DNA of 63,344 nt, the filler included, from Conidiobolus incongruus B7586 (lineage: Eukaryota): NCBI GenBank assembly GCA_000697335.1. It is 7 parts of 7 records of this genome, joined end to end, with 100 filler letters (N's around TTAATTAATTAA, not from the genome) between each part and the next. Parts side by side here need not be neighbours in the genome. Positions count along the whole stretch, not along the records: positions 7,024 to 22,826 come from JNEM01006176.1; positions 22,927 to 25,278 come from JNEM01006178.1; positions 25,379 to 36,816 come from JNEM01006179.1; 4 more parts are not named here. One strand, written 5' to 3'. Shown here piece by piece: positions 14,235 to 26,947 of the stretch. Each line of letters begins with the position of its first letter. The first letter of the stretch is position 1. The position numbers and the translations under genes were made by a program. The notes beneath the pieces are model-generated. The model searched no databases and was not told the DNA's origin. It saw only the letters and a list, made by a program, of their open reading frames with translations.

Positions 14235-15181
14235 ACCATAATGATATTTTGGTTCGAATTGAATTAAAAATTGTGGTGATTTAATATAAATTCTTGAATT
14301 TTTGACGCATATTTTAATTAAAAAATTTTTTTTTAGTTTTAGATGATACAAAGATAAATAAAATAAAATTTTAATGAATTTGAATTTAATTTAATATTCA
14401 CAATTTGCTAACATAATATCAATTTGATTACTTCAGAAGGTTCCAATGCTGGTATGCTTATTATAAAACGAAATCATGCCAATATAATAATCATACCACT
14501 TTTCAAAAATATTGAAACATACGTAAATGACTGGATATCTAATGGACAACTGGTAAATGTTGAGTCCTTTTAAATTAATGTTTTAAGCTTTTATTATTGT
14601 TTAATTAATTAGTTTGATTAATAAATTCATATGCTAGATTGATTTTCGGGATAATAAAGTGTGGAGGATGACATAATTTGGACCAATTGGATTTAGGGAG
14701 AAAAATTGTGATAAAGTTGTGATTGGCTAATTTGATATTGAGATATTGATTTAAAATTGCGAAATTTTTGAAATGATTATTTATAGCTAGCAACCTTTAA
14801 CAAGAACAACGTATGCTAAATTGTGTTAAAATTTATGGTTGGCAATAAAATTTCTGATCACAACAAAATCACTATACAAATATTTTCTTAAATAATTTTG
14901 CGTGAATTGCTAATAGTAGCATTTTATGGTTAGCATAGTGCTTAATTGATCGTGATTAAGGATATTGATATGGTTTACATAAATGAGACCTGAAACAAAT
15001 TCTCTTCAGAATCTTTAAAGGATTAATTGAGAGTCTTCAAAATAGTCTAATAAAAAATGTGAAACATCCTCAACCTTTTGGTTAACAAGGATTTGAAATT
15101 AGTTTGAGGAGACTGAACTAATTGAATAAAATTATTCGATACTAAATATATTCCGGTTCGAGCATCCGGATCGAACATTGA

Positions 15182-15273
15182 GAGGTGGGTGGAAAATATT
15201 ACAAATTTGAAATGGATTAATGGATGCTGAATGGAGGTGTGGGTGGAAATACCCACCAGAATAAGTATAAATA
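15182..15273 (+). promoter_or_regulatory. Putative promoter: repeated GGGTGGAAA motifs and TATAAATA box
   Basis: GAGGTGGGTGGAAA (15182), GAGGTGTGGGTGGAAA (15235), inverted ACCCACC (15251) and TATAAATA (15266-15273), about 70 nt before ATG 15342. Confidence 0.5.
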
Positions 15274-15341
15274 GGCTCAATAATCTCCATCTTCTCAACA
15301 TAATTAATTTGGTATTTTTATTTCATTTGTTTATTTTCATT

Positions 15342-15716
15342 ATGAGTTTATTCAAGATTCACGTTGATGCTGATAGTTATGATTTATTTCCCACCAATGA
15401 CTCTACTTTCGAGTCCCTCTCAGATCTTGACTCGTCGTTTCACTCCGACATTGACTCTGACATGTCTTCCACCGAAAATGCCATCTCATTGATTGACTCC
15501 AGCTCTACCAAGAGCTCGAGCCGTCGTCGGGTGGGCTTCAGTGACGATGTCACACTCATCGCCTTCGACAGAAAAAAGGGCGATGCTCTTATTGATGAAT
15601 TAGTTGTTGAATATGTTGGGGGCATGGATGAGGTTAAAGAACTTTACAACCGCAACCACACTAAGAACCGATCGAAATTGGGCAAGTATCTCAAGAAGAT
15701 CTTCAACAAGGAATAA
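15342..15716 (+). CDS. Small hypothetical protein (124 aa), Ser/Asp-rich, with RRRVGF (RVxF) motif
   Basis: GC-rich coding-like island in AT-rich DNA. ATG 15342 lies downstream of the TATA box; the upstream 37 codons of the ORF call run through the TATA box and AT-rich leader. Confidence 0.7.
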   Translation: MSLFKIHVDADSYDLFPTNDSTFESLSDLDSSFHSDIDSDMSSTENAISLIDSSSTKSSSRRRVGFSDDVTLIAFDRKKGDALIDELVVEYVGGMDEVKELYNRNHTKNRSKLGKYLKKIFNKE

Positions 15717-18700
15717 TTACCTCATATCTTGACGATTTTGGGCATGTATTTATCTAACCATAACTCTGTATTTCTATTGTATAATTAATTAATGTATATT
15801 ATCAACACCTTACTGATTACTAACCTCTACGCCACTATCCTCAAGAACCCGGGGTTCTCAAAATATATATTTCTAAAACTACAAAAAATGACAAGGATCA
15901 TTTCAAACCAATAAAAACTAACTTGAAAAGTATAACCCACTTACTTGACTATCCTTTAACATTGTCCCAACTAAATTTAATCCACCAATTATATGTTAAA
16001 TTTAACTAAATATTCCAAAAAGTTTTACTTTTAACTAACCCTCTAATACATTCAAATTCCAACTATTTTTAAATATTTATTACTATTACTAATAAACAAG
16101 TTACACTTAGTTATTTCAAGTTATTTAAAAGTATTTTATCATTTATCATTGTTACACTCTTTTCACTTTTCTATTTTTAATATATTATACTCTTTAGCTC
16201 AATAATATTAATTTTATTGAGAATGGATTTTTATTATCATTTTTTTATATCAATTAATATAAAAAATTAAAGCTATAATCCTAAAAAGATCAAATCCGTT
16301 AACATCAATTAGATTCTAATATTTTGCAATTATATTTTCATTGCAGTCCTTCATGAATTTTTTTACATTTATCAACTGTCTTTTAAAATGCTTATGGATT
16401 GAATACTAAATTTTCTCTTTTGGTGTTTCTGCCAATTTAATTTCATTACTAACCTTGTAATGGAGTTAAATTTGATTTGAATCAAATTATTGATTTAGCA
16501 TATTAATATACTAATTGAATTTTATATTTTACTTAATTAGTTAATTTTAATTAAAATTTTGGAATATTTATGGATTAAAATTTGGATCATTTACTTATTT
16601 AGATATTAAACAAATAAGAAATTTGGAATTAATCTAATTATTTTAAAATGGATAATACAAATTTACTAAAATTATATAAAAAATATATTTTGCATAAATT
16701 TGATTTTATACTTTAATTAAATAATAATTTATGTATTTTTCATTCCATAAATATTAATTAAATCTTTATTATTTAATATCTTTCAATTTTGTTTAAGATT
16801 GGCTAACAGGTGTATAAGATATATAAGAATGGATAAATAGTGCCAATGCTATGAATTCATCTATAATATTTTCACCTCAAGATTGGATTAATGGCTGTTA
16901 TTGATATTCAATCAGTATGAAGCGCTAAGACTTTTGAATCTAACATAATTTTGTTAAATATTTTGTTCAGTATCAAAAATAACAAATATTTATTGGATAT
17001 ATATTAATTTATTTTTAATTTAATAGATTACCAATGATAAATAATATTAATCTAAATCATAATAATGCCTTAGTTTAGTATCAAGGATGCGATGAATAAC
17101 AAAATATTATTATAAATTAATTATCAATAATATTCAAATAACACAAATATTAAAATTAAATACGATTTTTAATTTTAATTCATACTAATCAAGAAAAATA
17201 CCAATTTAATCAATAAAAAATAAAATCAAAATAAATAAAAATTCAAATTTAACGCTTTTAGATCGTTTAACTCACCATATTAAATAATTTAACCTTGCCG
17301 ATGTCACCCAAATTTATTAAAATCCTCCTCCAATTCACTTAATTGAAAGGTTGATTGCTTCAAAGGTTATCTATTTTTGGTTAATATTGGACATTGGGAT
17401 CGATAGAGTTCCTATATTACCCTGGATAATGGACTATATTAAACATATAGCATAGTTTTTATTGCGAGTGTTTTATGTCAAATAATCTTTCGGTATCGAT
17501 AGTTATGATTAGCTAGAATGGAAGCAAATGTAATATAGCTCAAATAGCTAAAAATCTTTGAAATGTTAAGTAGTTGTCAAGTGTGATGATCAATATTATT
17601 TATTGATGATGGGGTTGTAATTTTATGAACGCCTATCAGATATATTTTTTTTGAATTGTGAATGATCATTAATATAAATTTAAATTTCCAAATTTGATCT
17701 TTATATTAGCAAGATCAGTTTAAAATCAAGAATACCAAGCTTTTATTATATATATTTTTTAACATTTTATTTTATTAATTTTAATATAAATATAATTTAT
17801 AATCAATATTATTCAATATAAAATTTTCAATTCATCGTATATTATTTGATCCTTATCAAATACAAATTTTACTTAAGTGCAGTTAAACCATTGTATAGAA
17901 CCTTAGTCAATAATAGATGCCAAGGTATAGCATTAATATATGATTCTATAAAAATATATTCTAATATTAGAAATCTCTTAAATAATTCTTTCCAAGAAAA
18001 TGTTTGAATCATAAGGTTAAACTGAATCATTTATTTGATTAAATTGACATATGCATAGAAGTGGTTCTATGCCAAACTTTAGTGGAATTTAATTTACTCT
18101 TTTTAGTTCAATTTATCAAAACTTAATATCTTAAGCTGCGCGCTGATGGTTTGTTCACCAAGCCATTCCCGCCCCTTTTCCCAGTCTTCAGGCTGAAATA
18201 GGGGTTATGTATAATATATGCTAGTTCGAATGGACGGTTTATTTGATCGATTATTTTATCAATTCTTTACTATTAAACTCGATTTTATCCATTAATAAAA
18301 TTTAAATTGAAATATAAATTAACAAATTTTAATTTTTATTTTATCATAGAACTTAGATATAAATTTTTTCTTTGCATAATAATTACTTTTAAATATTATA
18401 AAATCCTTAAAATTTCAAAAATATTTAAAAAAATTGATGAATAATGAAAGTTATGCATTCAATTAGAGTAATTGTAATCAAGATATTTACATGTTTTAGT
18501 AAAATTAAGTGATATTTTATATCATTTAAAAGATTTCGAATATTAGTATTAGAAATGTTAATTATTATAATACCCAAATTTATAAGGCAGTTATGGAGGT
18601 TTTAAATATATTTCAAATTTGATCCAATTCCTCAACAAACTTGTATTATATAGACTTAACACAATATATGTGTAGTGGCTAAAAATATATCAATCTAATT

Positions 18701-21700
18701 ATAAATAGATAAAAATCAAATTTAAATTGATATTATTTTAATTTATCTAAATATTTTCTTAGTAAAATTTAATAAAATTTATTAAATCTAAAATCCCAAT
18801 AATAATTTTGGGAATTTATCATAATTTGATTTTCCGTTAATAATATTTAGTAATTTGATTGTATTATGGTTTATGAAATTTCATTTTATATATATACTTA
18901 CACTAATTTTATAGGCATTTTCAAAATATTATTTTAAATTTTGTAAGTTGATTGGTGGCCTTGTCTTGTTATTTCAAATATGTAGAATCATTTTAATATA
19001 TATCCCAATACATTATAATCACCCAAGAAAATCATGTGGTTTTTTGCCAATATTCAGTTGTAAAAATGCCAACTTTTATCTTCTATTAACAAATCTACCT
19101 GCGCATCAAGGTTCAATATAGAACAAATCTGGTATTAATGACATTCCTTTTCTTGTCATAATACGAATAGTAATAAGATCGTTCGTTCGAATTGCAATAA
19201 ACATCCAATTTTGAATCAACATCAATTAAGCATCACTTATACTTTTGAATGAATATCAAATAAAAGTAGATCAATAATTAAAGGTATGATATCATAAATA
19301 ATTAAATTATGAGTAATTAATATTGTTTTGTAAATAGTTTTATTTTTTTTGAAAAGTTAATGATTTTTTTCCAAATAAAGTCACAATAAAAAATTATAAA
19401 ATAATTCAAATTATATAAATGTATTTCCCTGATACATATAGTATATTTGTATTAATGTAATTATCAAGGATATAAGAAACGATAAGCGAGTGCAATGAAA
19501 TTCAGCCAAAGAGTATTTAGCATTCAGTTTATCAAACTTTGATTTTGATTCAAAAAATATTCAATAACTAAATTAGGAATCGAATTATAAAAATCAATTA
19601 ATTTTTTTCAAAAATTCAATTTCGAATCAGATATAAAATAATTTGAATATAATGATTCAATATAAAGTCAATCATTTAAATATATTGGTATTAAAGCTAT
19701 TCAAAAATATTGCTATTACATTTATATTATCATTATATTGAATATTGAAATGATAAATTAAATTCGTGCTGGAAAAAGATTAAATTTGTTGGAATATATT
19801 TAATTAAACCCATTAACCCAAATGATTTCATTATTTAATTAAAAGTCTTGAAACTATTTTGAAATTTGGTTTAATATTAAATTATCCTATCCAATAGTTA
19901 AAAGTAAGATTAATTAAACTATTAGTCTATTGCCAACAGCATATACCTTTATCTTTGCAATGTATGGATATCAATGTGATTTAATGTAGTTTGTATCAAT
20001 AATTCCAAAATAGAATTTATTAATTAAACAATATATCCAACATATAATCCCTATTTTTTATGAATCTTATTCCATTTTAACATTAATGAGATCCTTGAAT
20101 ATTTTGTCACTAATTGAAACAATATTTAATTAAATAATTTATTAATTGTATTACTTTATTTGTTGTTTTCTTTATGATTCATAAAATACATAGGCCTTGA
20201 TAATCGTTATGAAGGATTGAAGTTAAAATAATTGGATATACTATTTTAATATTAGTGAAATAAATCTCATAACTCGCTTAACTATTGAAAATTTTACTTT
20301 TAATAATTATGCTTGTAAAATCATTCAATTATTATAATAACGAATCAAATAATTTGACTATACACCTAATTATGCCAAAAATTAAACAATAACCAAATTA
20401 ATGCTAATGATTTTCAATTAAAGGATATAAACGAGCCGACTAGGTACAAAATTTGAAAAATTTAAAAATATCCAAATTTCTGCATAGGTAGTATTTACAA
20501 ATTTAAATTTTTGCATAGGTCACATTTGGTAAACATTTAACTTATGCATAATTCGCTGATTAAATTCGCATTTTAGTTTACTTTCAATTTGATTCAATTT
20601 TCTTTTCGAATTTGAATCAATAACAATGATTATTGGATAAGAAATCAAGTTCAAATTCGATTAATTTCGATCAATAGAATAACAGATATATAGTGACGTC
20701 AATTATTTGTTGCATGCTCATAAATGGAGTTTAATAGTTTGAGCTTTAACCTAATACTTGTTCTGGTATGTAACTACTCTTTTATAAATTGTTTAATCTT
20801 TTATGGTATGATTTTCATGCTTAACATGTCATATTTACATGATCAATTCAATAATTGTATTTATTTTATTGTTAATATATTCATACATCGATATTATACA
20901 ACATTCGAATATCATAGCAATACTAAGGAATAAATTATTTAATATCTAAATGTTCACATTTTAAAGGTCCATATTTATCACTATTATCATTATAGAATAT
21001 TTATGATTTTTTCCATATTTTAGTACATATTAATCGAATGAATTAGAAATAAATTGATCTCTATAATATTACAATAAAATCATTTTTATAAAATATTTAA
21101 CTAAAAGTTTTATTTTTAATTTTTTTTACTGAATCAAATTTTATATTTTTTATAAAATTTCTACATAAACAAAATAAATATTCTCAGCATATTTAAATTT
21201 ATGCAAAATATTTTTTAGATTAAATTATGTACTATGTATTATATATTGATATAATATCCAACAATGTAAACATAAAAAGATTTTCCAAGTTATGTAGAAA
21301 TCAATCACCCTTACAATGATATTTTAATATAATTACAAAATATTAGTTCAATATTAATAATAAAATGTCATTGTATTACAAAAATATTCACTATTATCAA
21401 TAATTTTTTTTTAAATTTAATAAAGTTGAATATAATTTTAGATAAAAAAATAAATTATACTTAATATAAATATATATTAAACGACATAAAAATTACACCA
21501 TTCATAAAATATGATTGTAAAACTGGTTTATATTATATTTCCGGTAGCATAAACTCTAATCTGATGAAATTCATCATCAAACAATATAAATAATAATGAA
21601 AATATCCACTTAAATTATCAAAGATATTTAGCAGCTAGTATTATTATTTTTAATATTAGCATTCAAATCATATTCTTTGTATCACAATCTAGTTTTGTTT

Positions 21701-21768
21701 GATTAATATTATCATTTACACTTTTTTACTAATCGCCAAATATACACTTTTAAATAATACAGTTATTT

Positions 21769-22101
21769 TGTCACGAGCCAGGTGACTCCCTTCTACTCAA
21801 GTATTCTTATATCAACCTAATGTTAAAGCCATTTCCCCCTCGCATACCATCTGCTCCAGCTGTATCTTTTAATTGACCGATGATGCAAGACACCAGAGAA
21901 CCTCATGAATCACCTTACCCAACTCACACTATATAAAATCCGGAATTAGAGCTATTCTCAAAAGGAGAGTTCTATCTTGGTCCTCCCAGCTATTGGACTT
22001 AAACCAATAAATCCCCCATCTCCCTGACACTTACCTGGAATTCACCAGATCTCTCACTTTTATTTAAACTATTCTGAACACGGCTTTCCCAAGGTGTATT
22101 A
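21769..22101 (+). mobile_element. Solo-LTR-like repeat, family A copy 1 (~333 bp)
   Basis: Begins TGTCACG; internal TATAAAA and AATAAA; aligns over its length to the reverse complement of 26612-26947. No clear TSD. Confidence 0.7.
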
Positions 22102-22931
22102 AAATGATCCAATTAAAATTATAAAATTCAATTAATGAATTTGCTATCAGATTGGTATATTATCAATTAAAATCTCATATATATTAATCATATAATATAA
22201 ATAATTTTAAATTATCATAATTTTTGTTATTTATAATTAAATTAATTTTTTTATAATATCTTACCATTTTTCTTTTAAATTTGTTCTTTAATTTAAACTT
22301 ATAAATTAAATTTTATGATATTTTTTATAGTATATTTATCAAATTAATTTTTATAAAATCATTTGACTCTTAATAATTTAACTTTTTTATATTACTATTT
22401 TTCTTGTAATTTTAAAAAACTCTAATTGATTGTTTACTTATATTAATATAATAAGTAAGTATATCAACCTTTAAGTTACCAAATTAAAATTAAAAATTAA
22501 ATTATTTTCAGAATCAAGAAATTTGATTGATGATTGAATTATATTAAGACTAATATTAATTTAATATTGTTGGACTTTCCATATGTGATGAATAAGTGAT
22601 TATTAAATGCTATATATAATAACTATATAAATACTTAAATATCGAGTAAATTTGAAATATTCAATAAATATATCCTGAATAATTAAAATAATATTTAATT
22701 TACTTATTATTTATATTTTATATATTATTGATTTTATTATTTTCATATTGAGTTAAAATTATAATAAATAGAAAATTATATTAAATAATAAAAATTAATA
22801 TTTTACTTATTATAGAATATAATAATNNNNNNNNNNNNNNNNNNNNNNNNNNNNNNNNNNNNNNNNNNNNTTAATTAATTAANNNNNNNNNNNNNNNNNN
22901 NNNNNNNNNNNNNNNNNNNNNNNNNNAAGAT

Positions 22932-22962
<31 letters not shown>

Positions 22963-23887
22963 TTATTTATAATTAATAATATATTTAAAAAATCAAAAAT
23001 TAGAAAATTTCCCATTATATAAGATTTAATTTAATAGATTAATTAAAATATAAACAAATATAGAATATTTTAAATTATATATTTTTGATTAAAAAATCTT
23101 TAATTCTTTTATATAATCCTTTAAATAAAACAAAATAAAATATTAAATTAACTTAAATTAATCATTTTTATTTAATTTTAATTAATAGAAATTGAAATAT
23201 AAGCAAATATTAATTATTTTAATAAATAATTTTGATATATAGTTTTAATTTTTGATATCTCAAAGTAGGTCAATTAATAATTAATTTTATATTATTTTTG
23301 AAATAAAATAATTTCTAAATGATATTTTCAATATAAATTAAAATTATCTATTATTATATAAAATATTTGCAAAAATTAAAAGATTAAAGCTATAATAGAT
23401 TTTTTGTATAAAAATTTAAAAAAACACCATATTTAATATATTCTCTTAATTATAACACATATGATTATAGTTATTTTAAATAAATATAAAATTTGTTTAT
23501 AAGAAATAAATTCTTAAAAAATTAATTAAATTAATATAAAAAATATTAAATTTCAGTTATTAATAAGAAATTTGATTTCTAAATAATAAAAACTAGTCAA
23601 AAATAAAGAAAAAGGTTATTAAAAATAAAAAAATATTATATTTATTTATTTTATTAAATTTTATATTTTATTTATTAATTTATTTATTTAATTTTAATTA
23701 TAAAATTATGCCATTATTAAATCTTTATATTAATTTATTTAATCTAATATTATTTCAATTTAATATTATATTTAATTATAATTTCACTAAATCTTTTCTA
23801 TACTTATATAACATTTTTCTATATTATCTGAATTATATAATTATATTAATATATATTACCTAAATAAGTTTAAAAAATAAAAGAATA

Positions 23888-25278
23888 CACTGACCTACAA
23901 AAGTAAGTCATAAAATCAAAAACATTTATATTTTTACTAATAACTTGATTAATATTTAATGAAATAAACTTAAATTAAATAATTAAAATCTATTATATTT
24001 ATTAATAATATATATCATTATATGATGATATTTAGCTATTAATTGGTTAAAATATAAATACTTAAATTTTACCTAAGGTGAATTATAAATTTATAGGTTT
24101 TTGGTGATAAAAAAAATTAAAACCTAGTATATCTACCTTTAGCTTTTCTAACTTCTTTAAGTTTGTGGGGTATAGAATTAACTAACTTCTTACACTAAAA
24201 AAGGTTAATCCTGTTCTATACTTTTTAAACATATTTTTAAAGTTGATCTAAATTTTTTATTGAGGGGAAAGCTTTAATAACTTTTTTTAACTAATCCCAA
24301 AGGTGTTTAATTAGGTTAAAGTTAGAAGATTGAAGAAGCTATTTTATAACTATTATCTTGTTATTTTAAGCTATTTGGTAGTAGAAGTTATAGTATAGCA
24401 AGAGGCATTATCTTACTAGAAAATAACATTAGATTTGTTTAACTTATATTATTCAATAGTTTTTTCAATTTATTGTTTAGAATACTTTGGTATATTTTAG
24501 CATTAATTCCCCTATTAACTTTATAAAGATATTTTATATCTAAAGACAATATATATCTTTAAATAATAATTAACCTATTATTGTACTTTTGAGTAAAATT
24601 AACATAATAATTATAAAGTAGTTATGTATCTTTTCTAAAGTATTTAATTTTTCTATTAAATCTACTAAAGTATATTTTTGTTTCATTAAACTAAATAACC
24701 TTACTTTAATTAGCTTTAGTTTAATATTAGTAGCAATATTTAAACTCCCACCTAGCTTTATAATAGGATTTTTTTAGTTGGGGGTGTTTTTTCTTAAAGT
24801 ATAAGTGGTATCTATATTAATATAAAGTATATATAATGGTATTAATACTAACTAATATTCTTATATAATCTCACAATTCCTGCTATATTTTTATAATAAT
24901 ACTACATTTACCTATATTAACCAACTTATAAATATACTTCTTATTATGTTTATCTATAATTTTAACATATTTAAGTTTAAGTTTAAATGTGTTTTTATTG
25001 CTATTCTTAACAACCCTAGCTATAGTAAACTAGCTAACACTAGTAATTCTAGTAATATCACAAGTTGATTTATTTTTTTTATAAAGTTGATTAATATATA
25101 AGTAGATTTTTTTAGAAAGGGATTTAGGTATAATGATACTAATAAAAAAAATTTAGTATATTTATAAAATATTATATAAAATAATAACAAAAAGAGATAA
25201 AAAATATGGTTATATATTGTTAAATATATCCCCTTATCTCAAAAACCTGCAAATTTATAACTCACCTTAGTTAAATAT
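23888..25278 (-). mobile_element. Tc1 transposon copy 2, right end lost in gap
   Basis: TA|CACTGACCTACAAAAGTAAGTC TIR; colinear with copy 1 up to the gap. Confidence 0.92.
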
Positions 25279-26611
25279 NNNNNNNNNNNNNNNNNNNNNN
25301 NNNNNNNNNNNNNNNNNNNNNNTTAATTAATTAANNNNNNNNNNNNNNNNNNNNNNNNNNNNNNNNNNNNNNNNNNNNTTCTTATATATTTATTTAATGA
25401 ATAATATGAATTTCTAATAAAATCGATAAAAAAAACTTATAAATTCTGATTAGATAATACTTTAATTTTTTTTTATTTTGAATGATTGATTTAAATAGCT
25501 TATAGTTTTAATTTTAATTTTAATATATTAATAATAATAAGGGTTTTTTTACAATTAAAATAATAAACTATATTTTAGTATAATTTTAATTTATCTACCT
25601 ATGACTTTTATTCAATAAATTATATTAAAATTATATTTTTATTAGATTAACTATACTAATAATAATCTCTCAAAAATATCCTATTAAATATATACAAAGT
25701 AAAAATTAGTCAGAATTAAATAAATTAAAAACAAATTAAATTATGAAAAAAAAAATTGGAATATTTGAGTGTCACCAACCGTCATGGCATTATCTAAAAC
25801 AAGGTTATATTATGAATATAAAACAAAAGTCCCTGAAGCAAGCCAAAATAAATAAAACAATTAGCACAGAATAAGAAAATATAAAAGAACATATCAGAAT
25901 AGTTCATTAAGCTATTCTGATCATTACTTGAAAGATCCAAGAACTGATAAACCCTTCTTCTCAACATCATAGTATTTTATAATAAGAAACACATATTATG
26001 GTAATGTTTCATTACCTTTTCTCCCCTGTAGTTTTAAAATAAGTTCCCCTTGTAGAGCCCTCGCAGGTATCCACCTTTGTACTCGTTGTCACCATTCTAT
26101 GTGTAACGATTAGCTGTGGAGGAACTTGGTTGACCACAGGGATTAATTGTTGGATCATGCGCTTGTGCCTACTAATGAGCTGGGGAATTCTTATGCATCG
26201 ATGTGATGACCTCGTGACGAATTCTTCGGCCTCTCATTAGCGGATCTTAGAGGCCGTTGACAGATAGCTTTTCGTAGAGGTGATCAACAATTATAGAAAT
26301 TAATTATGCTAAATATGGTATATTTGAAAGTCAATGGAGTTGAAAATAGAAATTAAACTTGTTAGCATATTTTATTTTAGTATCAAAGTTATAGTTGAAT
26401 CCAATCTAATCATCGGTTGAAAACTTGATTAATCGAATAAGTCAAGTTTAATAATCTTAATGTCTCAAATTAGAAATATAAATTCCTATGAGGCTGATAA
26501 TTTTGGTCCTATGTGTCAATATTTTAAAAAAATTGCTTAAAGTGGTATAAAATATATTTATATCAGTGGGCTAATTTTATAATATTTTAAAATTAATCAA
26601 CATGATAAATA

Positions 26612-26947
26612 TGGTAGCACGTCTTGGGAAAGCCGTCTCCAGAGTAGTTTTAATAAAAGTGAGAAATCTGGTGAATTCCAGGTGAGTGTTAGGAAGATAG
26701 GGGGTTTATTGGTTTAAGTCATATAGCTGGGAGGACCCAGATCGAACTCTCCTTTTTAGGATAGCTCTAATTCCGGATTTTATATAGTGTGAGTTGGGTA
26801 AGGTGATTCATGAGATTCACCGGTGACTTTCATCATCGGCCAATTAAAAAATAGAATGGGAGCAGATGGTGTGCGAGGGGGAAATGACTTTAATATAAGG
26901 TTGATGTAAGGATATTTGGGTAGAAGGGAGTCACCTGACTCGTGACA
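26612..26947 (-). mobile_element. Solo-LTR-like repeat, family A copy 2 (336 bp)
   Basis: On the minus strand reads TGTCACGAG...GTGCTACCA (TG..CA); homologous to 21769-22101. Confidence 0.72.

Noticed and set aside
15844..15858. Palindrome AGAACCC-G-GGGTTCT as a Helitron 3' hairpin or terminator
   Set aside because: Single short occurrence, no convincing CTRR end and no second copy.
21769..26947. Full-length LTR retrotransposon bounded by the two family-A repeats
   Set aside because: Repeats are inverted, not direct; no PBS, pol or shared TSD; the interior is a Tc1 copy and gaps.
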